Origin: Octopus sinensis
Taxonomy: Eukaryota
Assembly: GCF_006345805.1 (NCBI RefSeq)
Contig: NC_043008.1
Span: 40,114,001-40,178,000, forward strand
Direction of reading: 5' to 3'
DNA: 64,000 bases
The notes beneath the pieces were generated by a model. It searched no databases and had not been told where the DNA came from. It saw only the letters and a program-made list of their open reading frames with translations. Positions 39,179 to 53,120 of the stretch are shown in pieces. The translations under genes and the position numbers were made by a program. Numbering within the stretch: position 1 is the first letter of the stretch; every line of letters starts with the position of its first letter.

Positions 39179-39563
39179 GGAAGCACTCCGTCGGTTACGA
39201 CGATGAGGGTTCCGGTTGATCCGACCAACGGAACAGCCTGCTCGTGAAATTAACGTGTAAGTGGCTGAGCACTCCACAGACACGTGTACCCTTAACGTAG
39301 TTCTCGGGGATATTCAGCGTGACACAGAGAGAGTGACAAGGCCGGCCCTTTGAAATACAGGTACAACAGAAACAGGAAGAAAGAGTGAGAGAAAGTTGTG
39401 GTGAAAGAGTACAGCAGGGATCACCACCATCCCCTACCGGAGCCTCGTGTAGCTTTAGGTGCTTTCGCTCAATAAACACTCACAACGCCCGGTCTGGGAA
39501 TCGAAACCGCGATCCTACGACCGCGAGGCCGCTGCCCTAACCACTGGGCCATTGCGCCTCCAC
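39179..39563 (-). mobile_element. Full-length family 1 SINE with 12-bp TSD, nested inside a decayed family 4 SINE (~39100-39700)
   Basis: TSD tctctctactat at 39167-39178 and 39565-39576; the flanks rejoin to the family 4 motif ctactat|agcc. Confidence 0.92.
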
Positions 39564-40629
39564 TTCTCTCTACTATAGCCCCTGACCGACTATTGCCTTG
39601 TAATTAAACTTCGTGAATGGAAACTCTGCAAACTCGGCGTGTATATGAATATATATGTGTTTGTGTGGATGTGTGTTCGTGAGCATGTGTGAGTACGTGT
39701 GTCGCTATTTTTGTATTTGTCCTAATAACCACTTGATCACCTAACATACGTGTGCCGTTCATAAGAGTGAATGGGATAGAAATCTAAATTAAGGATTTAT
39801 GACAGTCCATATTCCGAGAGACAAACTCAGCTTTGTTACATTTCTAGTGGATTGGCAAATGAGTTGCACATGGGAAAAAAATTGTCCCTCTGCCTCTGCC
39901 TCATTTATCCTACTTATCTGAGATTTGTAGAGAATCCATGTGTTTATATTTCATTTTCGTTGGCGAACTATAAAATACAGCTTGGGAAAAAGCGAAAAGT
40001 GTGATTTTTACGGTGACTTAATGTGTGATATTAAGCTAGAAAACATAAATGATTGAAAACTGATATCATATCACTTGGTGAACACCAGATTTTCCCTCGA
40101 CTTTGAGAATTTAGACGTAATTGGGTTTAATTTGGTGTATAAGTGTAACAAAAGAGACTAACATTGCACCTTACGCTGCGACAGCATCGTTTAGAAACAC
40201 CATGTATGCTCGATCAGAAATATTTACCAGTCCACCCGAAGAAAGGATATAACTCAAACGATGATAATTTTATATCGAAACTAGTTAAAATTTTGTATAG
40301 AAACTAGATAAAATTTTATATCGAAATAAACTAAAATTCACTTCATACGTGAAATATACAGCTTTTATATATAAGATTCGTTTAGTAATATAATATTCAT
40401 CAATTATATGCCATACATATTAAGACACTGTTAGTATATGTGAATAACACTATTAATGTTCGTGAAAATACCTTGGCTAATGTATTGAAGAGGATATGTG
40501 TGATTAACTATGTTGATTATATAAAATTTAAATGGCAAGATTTTCGGTGGTAGGTTGACTCCTACAAACCTGTAAAACTGTAGGAATGCCAAATGAACCA
40601 ATAAATAAAACATCGAATTGCATAGCATC

Positions 40630-41730
40630 CCTACCTACGAAGGGCATTGTCATCAAGTATTCTATCTAGAGAAAATTAGCTCCAAGATAACTAGTTCTTG
40701 TACGTTTTGCTGCGTATATCAATACAATGTTTCGATATATCAACAATGCAATACAGAGGGTTGCTGTGGTTTTTCACTTATAGAATCTTTCTACAATGTA
40801 CCACTCATTAGACGTTAATACTAGATGAAAATTGGAATTAAGGAAAGTAGACGTATAAATGTGCTACTTCTTTGACAAACTGCGCATCGAATCCATCGAA
40901 TATTGCAAACAACTGAATTATGATTTCGAAAATATTGATTTCAAGTGCAATTAGAAAGATCGATATATTGGAAAGAAAATCCATCAGCCTTGGCATTTGT
41001 GGTATTCTTATATGCACCCACTCCCTAATGAGAGTCGGGGTACGAGATTTTCGATTATCACGATTGAGGCCCATAAATATGCCTATTTCTAGGTTACGGT
41101 TATCTAGAGCATAATATCTGGACACAATATGGGGGATGAGTGAAAACATCGTGAGTGTAGAGTGGAGCATTATGAAAGTTGATGATATACCAACCAGCCA
41201 CGAGATTTGATGCAAAAATATAAGTTATATATAATAAGATGCAAGAAATTCTACAACCACCATGCTGGAGCATTGTATTTTTTATTGGGTAAGTACCAGT
41301 CACTCAATCCGGTGGCAATTTCTTGCCATAAAACAACTTAACTAAATTTACGGAAGAAAGATGGGCAAACGTACATTATGGCATTTATTTGAAGCTATTT
41401 ACGGGCTGTGTTCAAGACTTTGCCTTCCACACAACAATGGCCCATAACTTAAGGAGCAGTATTGCACATAGCTACATAGATGATCGACAGATAATTGTAT
41501 ATCCCTCACTATAAAGACTCGAACAGACGGCATTTAGGGGCAGTCATATAAGGCGGTCTACAATTATTGCATCTGAATGGTAGATATTTTTTGTCAGAAT
41601 GAAAAAAAAAGGAATCTATAGTATTTTCTTTTGTCAAAATATAAGTTTAGAGAATCTACGTAAATATGAAGTACGCATGTTGTTTTTTAAAGATGCCTGC
41701 ATTACAATAACATTACATTTCATACCACGT
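40630..41730 (+). mobile_element. Possible highly decayed mariner-like element
   Basis: Starts tacga.ggg and ends ccacgta, with fragmentary transposase-like translation; weak. Confidence 0.2.
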
Positions 41731-43014
41731 ACCCAAGTGATCGTGAAGTATTCCCTATAAATATTATCAGCTTACGAATATCAAAACATATTCAACAGAG
41801 AAACTAAACCAAACTCAGGCTGATCCATCCAGCTGTAACATTTCTTTTTCTACTTCGCTGGAATCAGAAAGAAACAGCCAAAGCATTTATTCAGACGAAG
41901 AGAGCGATATAGTTTGTATGTACATCAGGTTTTCTACATTACATACGCAATAAAATACTGACTTGATTATCGGCGAATGCATATCGTTCCACACGAATGC
42001 ATCTGTTATCTTAATGTCGATCTCAACGCGATTTTATTATAGAAACATGAAGCAGAAACCACTTGCTATAAAGCACCTATTTTAACATTTACACTCTGAT
42101 AAACAATACTTATTTTCTCAAATCTCTCGTGAGGGAGGCAATCATTTGTTGTAATAACTTCGCACACATATTTAAATGCAATCTACTCTACTTAACAAGA
42201 TCAAAACCAAGACACAAAAAGTAATGATACTGCATTGATTGCTATTAGTATTATACTCTATTATTTCTATTACCTGATATTCAGCAACGTTATACTACTA
42301 AGCAGTATATAGTTCAAAGATTCTTGTTTTGTGTTAGCAAACTTTGCCAAGATAACAAAATGCATTTGTCTTTTTCCCTCTCTTGCACAGAACAAAATTG
42401 AGATTTAGTAAAAGAAACTGAAGTAAGTGCATCCTTTGAGTAATTTTATGAAAGCTGAACTATATATTCTATTGAATATATTATTATAGTAGCTTTTCAT
42501 GGTGGAGTAGTCGTTACACCAGCGGCACAAGACGATTACTGAATTCAGATCGGCCTCCATTACAACCAAGTCAAAATGCTATCCTGGTAGACATAACCAT
42601 TTTCTATTCTGAAGTATATGAAATGAATAGTAATTATTGGATTAGAATTAATCGACTGCCTTCATCCTAGAGCAAATAGCTTTGCGTGAATTTTAGTAAT
42701 TATTGAGAGTTTTCAATCAGCAGAATCATTCGAGCATCACACAAAATGCCATGTAGCATTTATTCCAGTTATCTAAATCCGGGATATATTATCCGTTTCA
42801 TACCTCCTGGGTTGGCAGTGTTGTGTACCTGTTACGTACTAGTACTTTGTTATTTTGCTCGTACAACACGTTAAGAAATACTGACTTTTCTTTAATCTAT
42901 ATATCATCTGCCTGAAGTTTATCTTGCGTTATACACCTCGCTTAGATATTTAGCTGCCATTTCTAAACTTTTGGTATGTGATGAAGCAACTTGTTGCTAA
43001 ATCCTAAATTATTG

Positions 43015-43049
<35 letters not shown>

Positions 43050-43060
<11 letters not shown>

Positions 43061-43960
43061 GAGTAAGAAAAATGAGAAACAGGACAAGTAACATAAAGAA
43101 CGGCCCTTCATCAGTTGTCAACATGTCATCTACTCTCATTTCGAGAATTGAACCCCAATATATGTTTTCGAAGGCAGTAGCTCCCAGAAAAACCAAACAA
43201 ACAATTTGGAATTGCAGAGGGTTAAAATTGGGAACAAAAACGAGTCAGTGAAGGCATACAACGAAACGGAACGAAAACAAGCATGGATGGTTGTTAGTCC
43301 GACGAGTTAAAATAGCGAACGCTGGAGAAATAATTTCTTTGACAAGAGAAAAGATAGAGGAGAGAGACAGATAGGATATGTGCTGTCTCTACGACAGCCC
43401 TGAAGGAAAAAGATGAGGAAAAGCAAGATGGACGATGGTCACTTGTTGTGAGCAACGAGAGAGAGAATAAAGGAAATAGAGGGAGAGAGACCCTCTGCAA
43501 ATCCTAAATTTTAATTTTGGTTTTCGCGGGAGTAAGTGCCTTCGAAGAGGTCACAAATGTGTGATTAAAAATTTCCGAACAATGGACATGAGTTAATATG
43601 AGAACTGTAATAAACGATTGAAGAACAAAGATATAGTGGGTGTGTTTATTTGCCAAAGTACAACAATATAGATGTGTGTGTGTGTGTGTAGAGTGAGAGA
43701 GAGATAGAGAGATAGAAAATGAGAAAGAGAGGAAGAAAGAAAGAGAGAGAGAATGAGAGAAAGAGAATACCAAGGCTTCATCATATACTCCTACAGTCAA
43801 GTCGAATAATTTGTCATCGCTTTTCTTAGCCCATATGACGCTATCGAGAAACAAGGTTTAATTTCTTGAGGGCATATTCAAGGTGAGCCTCATTGATATC
43901 AATGTTTGGTTTTGCAGAATCTACGCCCTTGATTATCAAAGTTGCGGAAATAGTGAAAAA
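43050..43960 (-). mobile_element. Penelope-like remnants: RT fragment (43771-43960) and tail
   Basis: WAKKSDDKLFDLTVGVYDEA resembles the PLE RT motif W.KK...FDVTMG.YDGAE; the downstream CT-rich tail contains ctgatgaagg. Confidence 0.5.
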
Positions 43961-44916
43961 GTGTCAGCAATAGCAAGCTTCTTGAAGCCATAGATTTCTG
44001 TTTTTATTTTTATTTTCGTTTAAAATATTTCTGCACTTCTAAAGTGTTACGCTATAATTTTGAAGAGGAAACTGCTTCTATTCTGAAAATGATTTCTTTT
44101 AATAATTTATACTAACTGCAATTATTTTCGCCTTTACTGATTTAGTGTATCTATATTTATGTTTACTATACAAATTTAACTTATGGTCCTTAGGTGTATT
44201 AAAGAAAGCCCCGATGCCACGCATTCTAACACTATACCCTATCTTAGTTTTTCAGCAAACTCTTTTCTTTCTAGATTAATAAATCTATAAGCCTTATTTC
44301 TAGATTTCTTATAAATATTTGTTACATTATTAGAGAGAATTCTTTTCTACGCGCTAACACCTACACTAAATACATATCTTGTTTTATCAGAGAAAAGATA
44401 TAACTGATCTGATTTGCAGAGATATATCAAGTGTTCATTCAACTTACTTTGGAAATTGCTTTACGCATTGCGGAACGTGATTCATTTTAAGATATCTGAA
44501 GAATTATAAGCTCGTTTCGTGCTTCGCTACCTCCACAGCTGCCTTATAGTATCCAGTGGCTAAGGACATCATCAGGAGGAACCACTCTGGCTTCGGCCTC
44601 TATTCCTCTACCGTTTTCTTCAATGTTTTTACTTATGATTGTTATGCAGTGTACCCATGCATGTTCTGAACATGTTTCATCTTCATAGTATCCGGTCTCT
44701 CTACTTTCGAATGACTGAAAACGTTAGCTCAGTCATCTAGCAGAGATCCTCGTCTTCTCCAACATATATAATTAATTCGCGGAATCGGGATATTTTTGAC
44801 CGCGAAGTTTACTCGATACTTTTCATTTTGGGTTGTATTTATACGTATTCATATAGGGTCCTGCTTTTGACAAAGACGCTATATAAATCCCTGTTCATTC
44901 TCCAGAAGCGGTAAAT

Positions 44917-44950
<34 letters not shown>

Positions 44951-44993
44951 GAGGGGAAACTTAAAAAAGGTTCTCATGTGCATGCGTGTAAAT

Positions 44994-45031
<38 letters not shown>

Positions 45032-45034
<3 letters not shown>

Positions 45035-45415
45035 CGTAGGAGTTTCTGTGTGGTAAGTAGCTGCTTACCAACCACATGGCACCGGGTTCAGTCCCACTGC
45101 GTGGCACCTCGGGTAACGGTGTTCTACTATAGCCTCGGGCCGACCAAAGCTTTGTACGTTGATTTGGTAGACGGAAACTGAAAGAAGCCCGTCGTATATA
45201 TGTGTATATATGTATGTGTGTGTATGTTTGCATGTCTGTGTTTGTTCCCCCAACATCGTTTCACAACCGATGGTGGTGTGTTTACGTCCCCGTAACTTAG
45301 CGGTTCGGCAAAAGCGACCGAGAGAATTAGTACTAGGCCTCCAAAGAATAAGTCCTGGCGTCGATTTGCTCGACTAAAGGAAGTGCTCCAGCAAGTAAAA
45401 GAGTAAAGAGTAAAG
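45032..45415 (+). mobile_element. Family 4 bipartite SINE
   Basis: tRNA-like head, CORE-like segment, internal (TA/TG)n, gtaaaagag tail. Confidence 0.88.
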
Positions 45416-47467
45416 ATATATAAACTCTTACAAGCATGCACATGTGAACCTTTTTTCAGCAAAAGTATATGTATAGCTTGCCACTTGTCGTGGATCCCCC
45501 ACAATGGGACGCAATCAGAAAACACGTTTGTGGTAAGTGAACTTATGAACCATGTGCACTCATAAAAAGTGATATTAAGTTACATGTGTTTGTGTGTGTA
45601 TGTGTACAAATATGTGTGTGTATTCTCTTTCTCTCTCTCTCTCTCTGAGATTTGTAAATCCTGAGAGATTCAGTATTTTATCTCGTAATTATACCTGGAA
45701 GCGCAAACACGAATGCACATTGAGCAGCATTAAAGATAATATAAATTAATTATAAATATTGCGATAATAATATAGTCTGATGGCATGATGTTCATTAAAG
45801 GTAGTTTTAATTTTGTTTTTCTTATATTAATAGAATTAACATTCCCTAACTGTTTAATCTATATATAAACTGGCTTGAATACATTTCATCACAGGGATAT
45901 TAAGTATTACATTTAATACGATGCATGCTAATTGCATTTTAAATTATGTAGATTATAGCTTAAAGGCAAGGTAAAATATATTCTTTTATTTCTGCATTTT
46001 TGAATTAATGTCAAATGCCAATTGTATCCAATGTTTTCTTGCCTCCCTATAAACATTAGTTTCGATATGGTCTAAGATAAGCGCTATAGCAAAGAGAGAC
46101 AGGGCCGTGTAAAATATATGCCCTTATGGAAGCGCATCACCAGTAGTAAGTACATAACACAGTCACAATTCGAAACTGTGCTTAGTGTCAATGGTCGTCA
46201 GTTCAGTCTACATGAATAAATTCATAACTAAACTTAAATGAAAAATGGGGATGTTGCTGATCCCGTTTCAATTTTTTTGTTTTGATCTCAATTGTGCAGA
46301 TATCACAGACCATTTTTAAACCGACAGACTAACGCCAGTGAAATTTTTATCTTTCAGCACTCTATAGCGACGCAAAAAGTGTCAGCAAACCAATTAATCT
46401 TTCCACTCAAAAATCTGTTGGTCTCAATACTTATCTGCAGTCTATTGAGTCACACAGCTAGTTGTTCAGATGATGTAACCGAACTTGGGGTCACATATGA
46501 ACTTGCACGATTGTTACCATGTGATGGTGGTTGGAGTTATCTCTGGCAATGAAAAGGTAGGTCAGTCGTTGCAATACAGACCATTTTACCCTGAGGAGGG
46601 AGGAAAGTTCGGCAGCTGTCACTGGCCATCTGCTCTATTAATTGCATTAATCGTGAGAGATGTATTAGCAATAATACTTTCATTCGATTGTGTAAACTAA
46701 ACAAAATAATCCTTATTTTCATATTCTAAAAGTTATACTATTGTAACACCGAAACAAATTAAAATGGCATTTTAAGAGAATACCGTTTGTCAACTCAGAC
46801 AGTTAACTCTAACAAATAAATAGTTGCATTTGTTGAGCCTACGACATTCAATGAACGGGCGCATGCCGTGACTAAGGTCAAACCAATGAATTATTCTACT
46901 CATCCTGACATATGCATACTCAAATATCAAAATAAGTCTAACATCGCTACACACATCTACGCCATTAACATTATTGTCCCTTTCTCTTTTCGCGTCACCT
47001 TCTACTGCTACCCACCAAATACACATAGAATTAGCCACATACTCCAAACAAAAATTTCATTGGTCAAAATTAATAAACAACACTCAACTATACATCGGCT
47101 GCTTCCAACATTAATGCCGCATCGCCTGAAGAAATGAACTTATGAATATGATCCACCCGATGTCTCCAACATATATATTTATTGAAAGTAAATTACAGTA
47201 TACTTAGCATTGAATTGGTTCCTGTTGTGGCGAGTGTCACAACACCCCCTGTGAGAATAGATTGACCGAACAACTATAAATAGTAGCGGTCCGAATGAGA
47301 TGGAGATATATATGGGAGAGAGTATAAATATTATAATTACTATCATACAGACTTCGCTATTGCCTTCCTTGCATTAGCCGAAAATAAACGCATCCTCACA
47401 CTCTTCCACACATATTGACAGACTTCGACCTTACGGATCGATAATACTATACACACACACATATATG

Positions 47468-47566
<99 letters not shown>

Positions 47567-49444
47567 GTGTACAACAACTTAAAACTTGTAAACACATACA
47601 CTGAAATATAAGGTGACTTAGTTCAATAAAAAGAATATGATCCCAGAATGGTCGCCACTGTAACGCTATAGTAGTTAAAACCATATTCATTCTCTAATAT
47701 GTCCTGGAATATCGGTACAGCTTCATTGAATTCGAAACGATTGCAAGATTACTAAAAGAAATAAGAACATAGGTTACAATATTTAGAGCCATGCAGCAAG
47801 ATGAAAAGGTCGAAGAGTGTGATAGTGAATGAGCAAGAAATGTATAGATAAAAATGTGAGTCATCTGCGATACACATCATGGCCGACTTTTAGAAATACT
47901 AAATTACTATTCTATTAAGAATTGGGTAAGGTCATGTTAGGGAGGGAAGTATTGTATGGAGTTAACTGCTAGCTGAAATTATTTTATTTCATAAACGAAG
48001 CTGCCATTCCATGTTAATATACTAGATCAAAGCCTTCTATTTCTCTTTCCTAAGTATATTAGTTATTCGTGAATAGTAAAAGTATATCTATTAAGAAATT
48101 TTTATTCACAATAAAAAGAAGCAAAGTATCAAACATAACTTCAATTTATCAATAATAGTGTCCCAAAGGAGAAGAAAATACATCTTATTTGAGAAAAAGT
48201 TATATAAATATTTTCATAAATGTTTCTTTCCTTTTACATTTCTCTTCATGTTAATCTCTTCCATACACATTTTCCTTCAATTCTTCCGCTCTCATCTGTT
48301 GTCGCCTTTTTATACTTATTTCAAATTATTCCATTTCTCAGCAGAAACCGTGCAAAACTGATAACGATCTGCTGTAAACACCTGGTGAGAATATATTGAA
48401 AATTTAATCATTTGTGGCACTTAATCTTCCGAAAATACCCCCTTTTTTTAGGTGTATATGTGAGTTCATTTTATTTATTTATTAAATTTCATTTTCATGT
48501 TTTATTTTTTTTTTAGCAACCAGATGATATAACTTGGCACAATCATATGTAAAACGTTTGCTTCATGAAAGATAAATATTATTCCATTCGTTACTATGTT
48601 GCCCTCCAGATACTTCCGCAAAGAATTTGCCAATTTTTAAATTGCTTCCAACAATTTCATTCACTTACAAAAGCTTCGACGACGACTACAATATTAAGTA
48701 TAAAGACAAGTGAAATTAAGTACAAATGAGCACAAACAAACATAAATATAATCAAATATCTCTTAGAATTTGCCAGAAACGTTAAAATATTGAAAGGAAT
48801 ATTCTGATTATTTTGTGTCTGCTTAAGAATATCAAGTCGTCACAAACTAACACAAGTGCAGCTACGCAGCAGCGACGAATTTTCTAGTAGATAAAAACCT
48901 AGCTTCTGCTGACCTAACAAAGGAGATTACAGGAAGTAACTAGAAAAATATAGCGGTTGCCGCTGAAGATCATTCACGCCACAACATTTGGTCTTATAAA
49001 CGACAGTATGTATAATTCTGAATAATGAAAAGTAACAAACGGTTAAAAGAGCAGCGTGAGCAATAAGGAGACGTAACATGGTATAATAAGTAAGTCATGA
49101 GGTTTCGAGACATTTCTGCATGAAACATAGAATGGGTTTTCAAACATATTCAGTGAAGGACATCATAAACTAGGAACGTTGATAACGATATTTCAGTTTC
49201 CTCAAGTACATACTGCTCAAATCGGTTGAGCTAATAGAACAGTGACACACACAAACATACAAGAGTACTTACGAATATTCAGATATATATATATAATACT
49301 TTAAATCCAACTTGCTTTCGAAGCGTTAAGATGTATTGAAAGATACAAATAATGAACTAATTTTATTCTCAAAAGTACAATAATGCTAATAATATAGCAT
49401 GAACAGGATAAACTATCTACACTTTGCAGAAAGACATTTCGGCA

Positions 49445-49515
49445 TCCAGCCATGAGTATCGAACTCACACCCTTCTGATTACATGTCAAGTGCTTCACCA
49501 TTAAGCTAAACTGCC
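49445..49515 (-). pseudogene. Decayed tRNA gene, copy 1 (anticodon position reads TGT)
   Basis: Reverse complement GGCAGTT-TA-GCTTAATGGTGAAGC-A-CTTGA-CA-TGT-AA-TCAGA-AGGGT-GTGAG-TTCGATA-CTCAT-GGCTGGA: cloverleaf geometry with a partly broken acceptor stem. Confidence 0.6.
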
Positions 49516-49749
49516 CAAAAGACAAGTTCTACTGTAAATTGAGGATATAAAAATGTAGCTTTATAAGACGCTATAGTACGTTAAATTCAACTAACTTTGA
49601 AAGTCAAGAGAAAAAGGTTGCTTTAGAAGCGTTGAGATGTATTGAAAAATACAGATAAGGAAATTATTTTATTCTCAAATGCAGAATAATGCGAATAATA
49701 TAGCATAAACAGGATAATCTATCCATAATTTGCAGCAAAATCTGCCGGC

Positions 49750-49819
49750 GTCCAGCCATGAGACCCAAATCCTATCCCTGTGATTATGGTGTAAGTGCTT
49801 TACCATAATCTAAACTGAC
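49750..49819 (-). pseudogene. Decayed tRNA gene, copy 2 (anticodon position reads CAT)
   Basis: Homologous position in the second 306-bp tandem unit; T-loop degraded. Confidence 0.5.
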
Positions 49820-50256
49820 CAAATTGGCAAATCCTTCTGCAATTATTCCTTATGTATATATATATATATATATGAATATTTGTTTCTTGCTTGTATGTTC
49901 TCGGTTCTGTTAACGGCTTCGGCTGTCAGGCTTGTATACTGGCAGCATTCAGTATTTAATTTTGGTGAATCTAGCTGTGGAGAACAATTCAAATTTGGGT
50001 TAACCATCGTATTTTGGAGACTTCGAAACTTAGGTTGTAGTTTATCCACAGCTTGTACATATATGTAATGTTTTTCCTACAGGTCAGATGAAAGTTTTAT
50101 GTTCGCCGCCCGCAAACACCTTTGACAGAATGTAAATATCGACTGCTATATCCAGTAAATATTGATGCATTATTGCACCACTATTCTATATTTATGTATG
50201 CATACGTATACAACATACATATATATATATATAATATATATATAATATATATATAT

Positions 50257-50306
<50 letters not shown>

Positions 50307-50322
50307 ATGTATATATTATAAT

Positions 50323-50371
<49 letters not shown>

Positions 50372-50376
50372 CATAT

Positions 50377-50436
<60 letters not shown>

Positions 50437-50439
50437 CAT

Positions 50440-50485
<46 letters not shown>

Positions 50486-50510
50486 TATATATTATATATT
50501 ATATATACAT

Positions 50511-50584
<74 letters not shown>

Positions 50585-51339
50585 GTCATTACAGATATAG
50601 GGTGAAATATAATTAATTTTATAAAATCAACAAATTCCACCTAGTATTTCGGTATGGAAAAGGACCATATTTGGTAAAAATTTATATAATTACAATAATA
50701 AGGGTTTTTTTTGCAACAAGTTGCTTAAACCACACACCGAAAATTTTAGAAATAGCAGCCAAAAGACTACTATTTCCTGTTACTACAAAAATAAGTCTCC
50801 AAAGAAAACAATATTTGTAACTCACATATAGCAAAAAAAGAAGACAAATAATGAAATCACAAAGTCTTCGGTTAATTATGGACGTACGTTTCTGGATTAG
50901 AATCTTATGACTCATTGTCTATATAAATGTGGATATGCTGATTGGCTTTTATAATTTTCGATGTCGCTTGATCGAAAATATAAGAGGCAAATTTCCCTAG
51001 CATTTCTAGATTTATAGGAATATTATGTCGATAAAGGAAATATATCATATATATATATATATATATATGATAAAAAGGTAACGAAAATTAAATTCTCGGC
51101 ATCCTTTATTAATCCCCACCATCGTTTCGACCCATCGTGCATCGGTGCCTCGCCGGCAGATGCTGTGCAAACAGCTGTGGTGCATTATTTGCACAGTATG
51201 TCGTCTAAGATTACCTCTCGAAAGGTGTTTATCTTTCTTTTTAACCTCCGTTATGCTTATTTTGATTATAATAACATTTTTGTTGTCTGTAGCAACTCAT
51301 CTATATGTGCTACTCGTTACACACATTATACTGTTAAGC

Positions 51340-51585
51340 GGTGAGTTAGTATAATTGTTAGTATGGCGAACAAATTGCTTAGCCGTGTTGCGTCACTCGT
51401 ATTATAGTTCGAGTTCAACATCTATGGAGGTCGACTCTATTGTACATCCTTTCCTAGCTGCTAATAAGTACCAGTTTTGCACTAGGGAAAATAATAAATA
51501 CCAGTTTTGCACTAGGGATCCTTATAATCGATTTACAGCTCCCACAAAAATTTTAGGTTATGCCCGTTTTAGAAGGCATTTCTAA
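51340..51585 (+). mobile_element. Decayed family 2 SINE with an internal ~30-bp tandem duplication
   Basis: gcggtgagttag...ggaggtcgactct...cctttcctagctgctaataagtaccagttttgcactaggg, with the last segment doubled. Confidence 0.7.
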
Positions 51586-51699
51586 GACACTTTTTCTTTA
51601 CAAAACACGTTATCCCTATTTGTGTGGATTTTTTTATTGAACATATTGCATACCCATTCTTCAATAAGAGGCTTCGGAATTGTGATCATCTATAATATT

Positions 51700-52870
51700 A
51701 TTCTAATGAGACCCCTGTTTAGATAGGAACTAAAATAAGGACTGTATACAGTGTGCTAGTCATATTTCTAATCACTTTATACGGCTCGTACTGCGGACCG
51801 CAACGAGTTGTTTTCGTTAAAATGTACTTGTTTCGAAACAAGTAATCCCTGGATGTGTGGGTTTGTTATTGGTCTAATAATTCCCTGAACTTCGGTGAAA
51901 CAGATTCTATAGCATTTCTTCATCAGGCGATTGTGGAATTGTATGCTGTGATATTCTTTGTTCCTTCGTCATTTCATTTATTGTATATCCTTTTAATCTC
52001 ATCTCTAATGTAGTCCACAAAAGATTAACTCTATATATGTATGAATATATTACAGCATGTGCGTGTGTGCGTGCATATATGTATGTATGTATGTACATGA
52101 GAGTGAGCTTATATATGCTTAGTTGACACCGTCATTGCATATTCGAACAGCTTGGTTTGTAGGATTTTAGAGCGTCTATTTTTTCTTGATTTAGAAGAAA
52201 AGTACGACACCTAGCGGGTCCATGCCCCACAAAGCTACAGAGGATAGAAGCCTATTTGTGAGTCATAACTGATTCCCACCCATTTGTCCTTGCCTGGTCT
52301 ACGTAAGAGACGAAATTAAAAGAACATTCAATATAAATCCGAAAACTCCTGATGAAGAATGGCTAAAGAGTCTGTGTCACCGAACAGCAGGACACAACCA
52401 GAATAATAACAAAACTCACACATCCAGAGATTGCGTGTGATGAAACCAATATATCTTAACGAAAGCAACTCCTGCAAATTGCAGTACGATCTACAGAAGA
52501 GGGTTGAAAATATGACGGACACACTCCACAAGACCCTTTTGAATGAACATCACATGGAATCTGCATCTCCATACTTTCCATTTGTAATGACAAAATATGA
52601 ACTCCTATTTACATACCATGGATAAGAAGCATTTCTACAAACCACTTCCCTTGGATAAAGAAACTGCAACTGTAATCCTGCATATATTTTTATGTTTACT
52701 TTTATTCTCTTATTTCCCTTTACACTTCTTACTTCCATCCTTTTCCAAAATAACTCCTTATATTGATCTCTACTATTTCCCTTTATTTAATCATCTCACA
52801 TCGTCTCTGATGAAGAAATATCCACAATATCCCAGAAACAGCTGTAAGACTAACATTGTCTAAAGAAATA
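51700..52870. mobile_element. Penelope-like remnants as an inverted pair (51700-52000 minus, 52310-52870 plus) ending in a pseudo-LTR
   Basis: Both arms share cctgatgaagaa...tctgt.tcaccgaa...cacacatccag.gatt...ttaacgaaa.caactc...gcagtacga...aaatatgac; the plus arm ends in a hammerhead motif. Confidence 0.5.
52803..52850 (+). ncRNA. Type I hammerhead motif with canonical core and palindromic stem III
   Basis: gtct-CTGATGA-agaaata(tccacaa)tatccca-GAAA-cagctg-TA-agac: stem I gtct/agac, ACAGCTGT palindrome, GUA triplet; stem II partly decayed. Confidence 0.7.
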
Positions 52871-53075
52871 TCCTGAAAATTCCACACAGCATTGGATTTG
52901 TTGTGTCATTTTATTTAACACAGAGACACACACTCACTCACACACACATAATATTTTATATCTATATACATTGTTTATATATGTGCTTCTGTGTATGTAT
53001 GTGTAAGCATGTAAGCGCATATATACCTATATGTATATATATATATATATATAATATATATATATATATTTTATA

Positions 53076-53120
<45 letters not shown>

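Noticed and set aside
51100-51160. Degenerate hammerhead-like string (cacc-cgatgca...cgaaac-gat-ggtg) on the minus strand
   Set aside because: The core and cleavage triplet are both broken.
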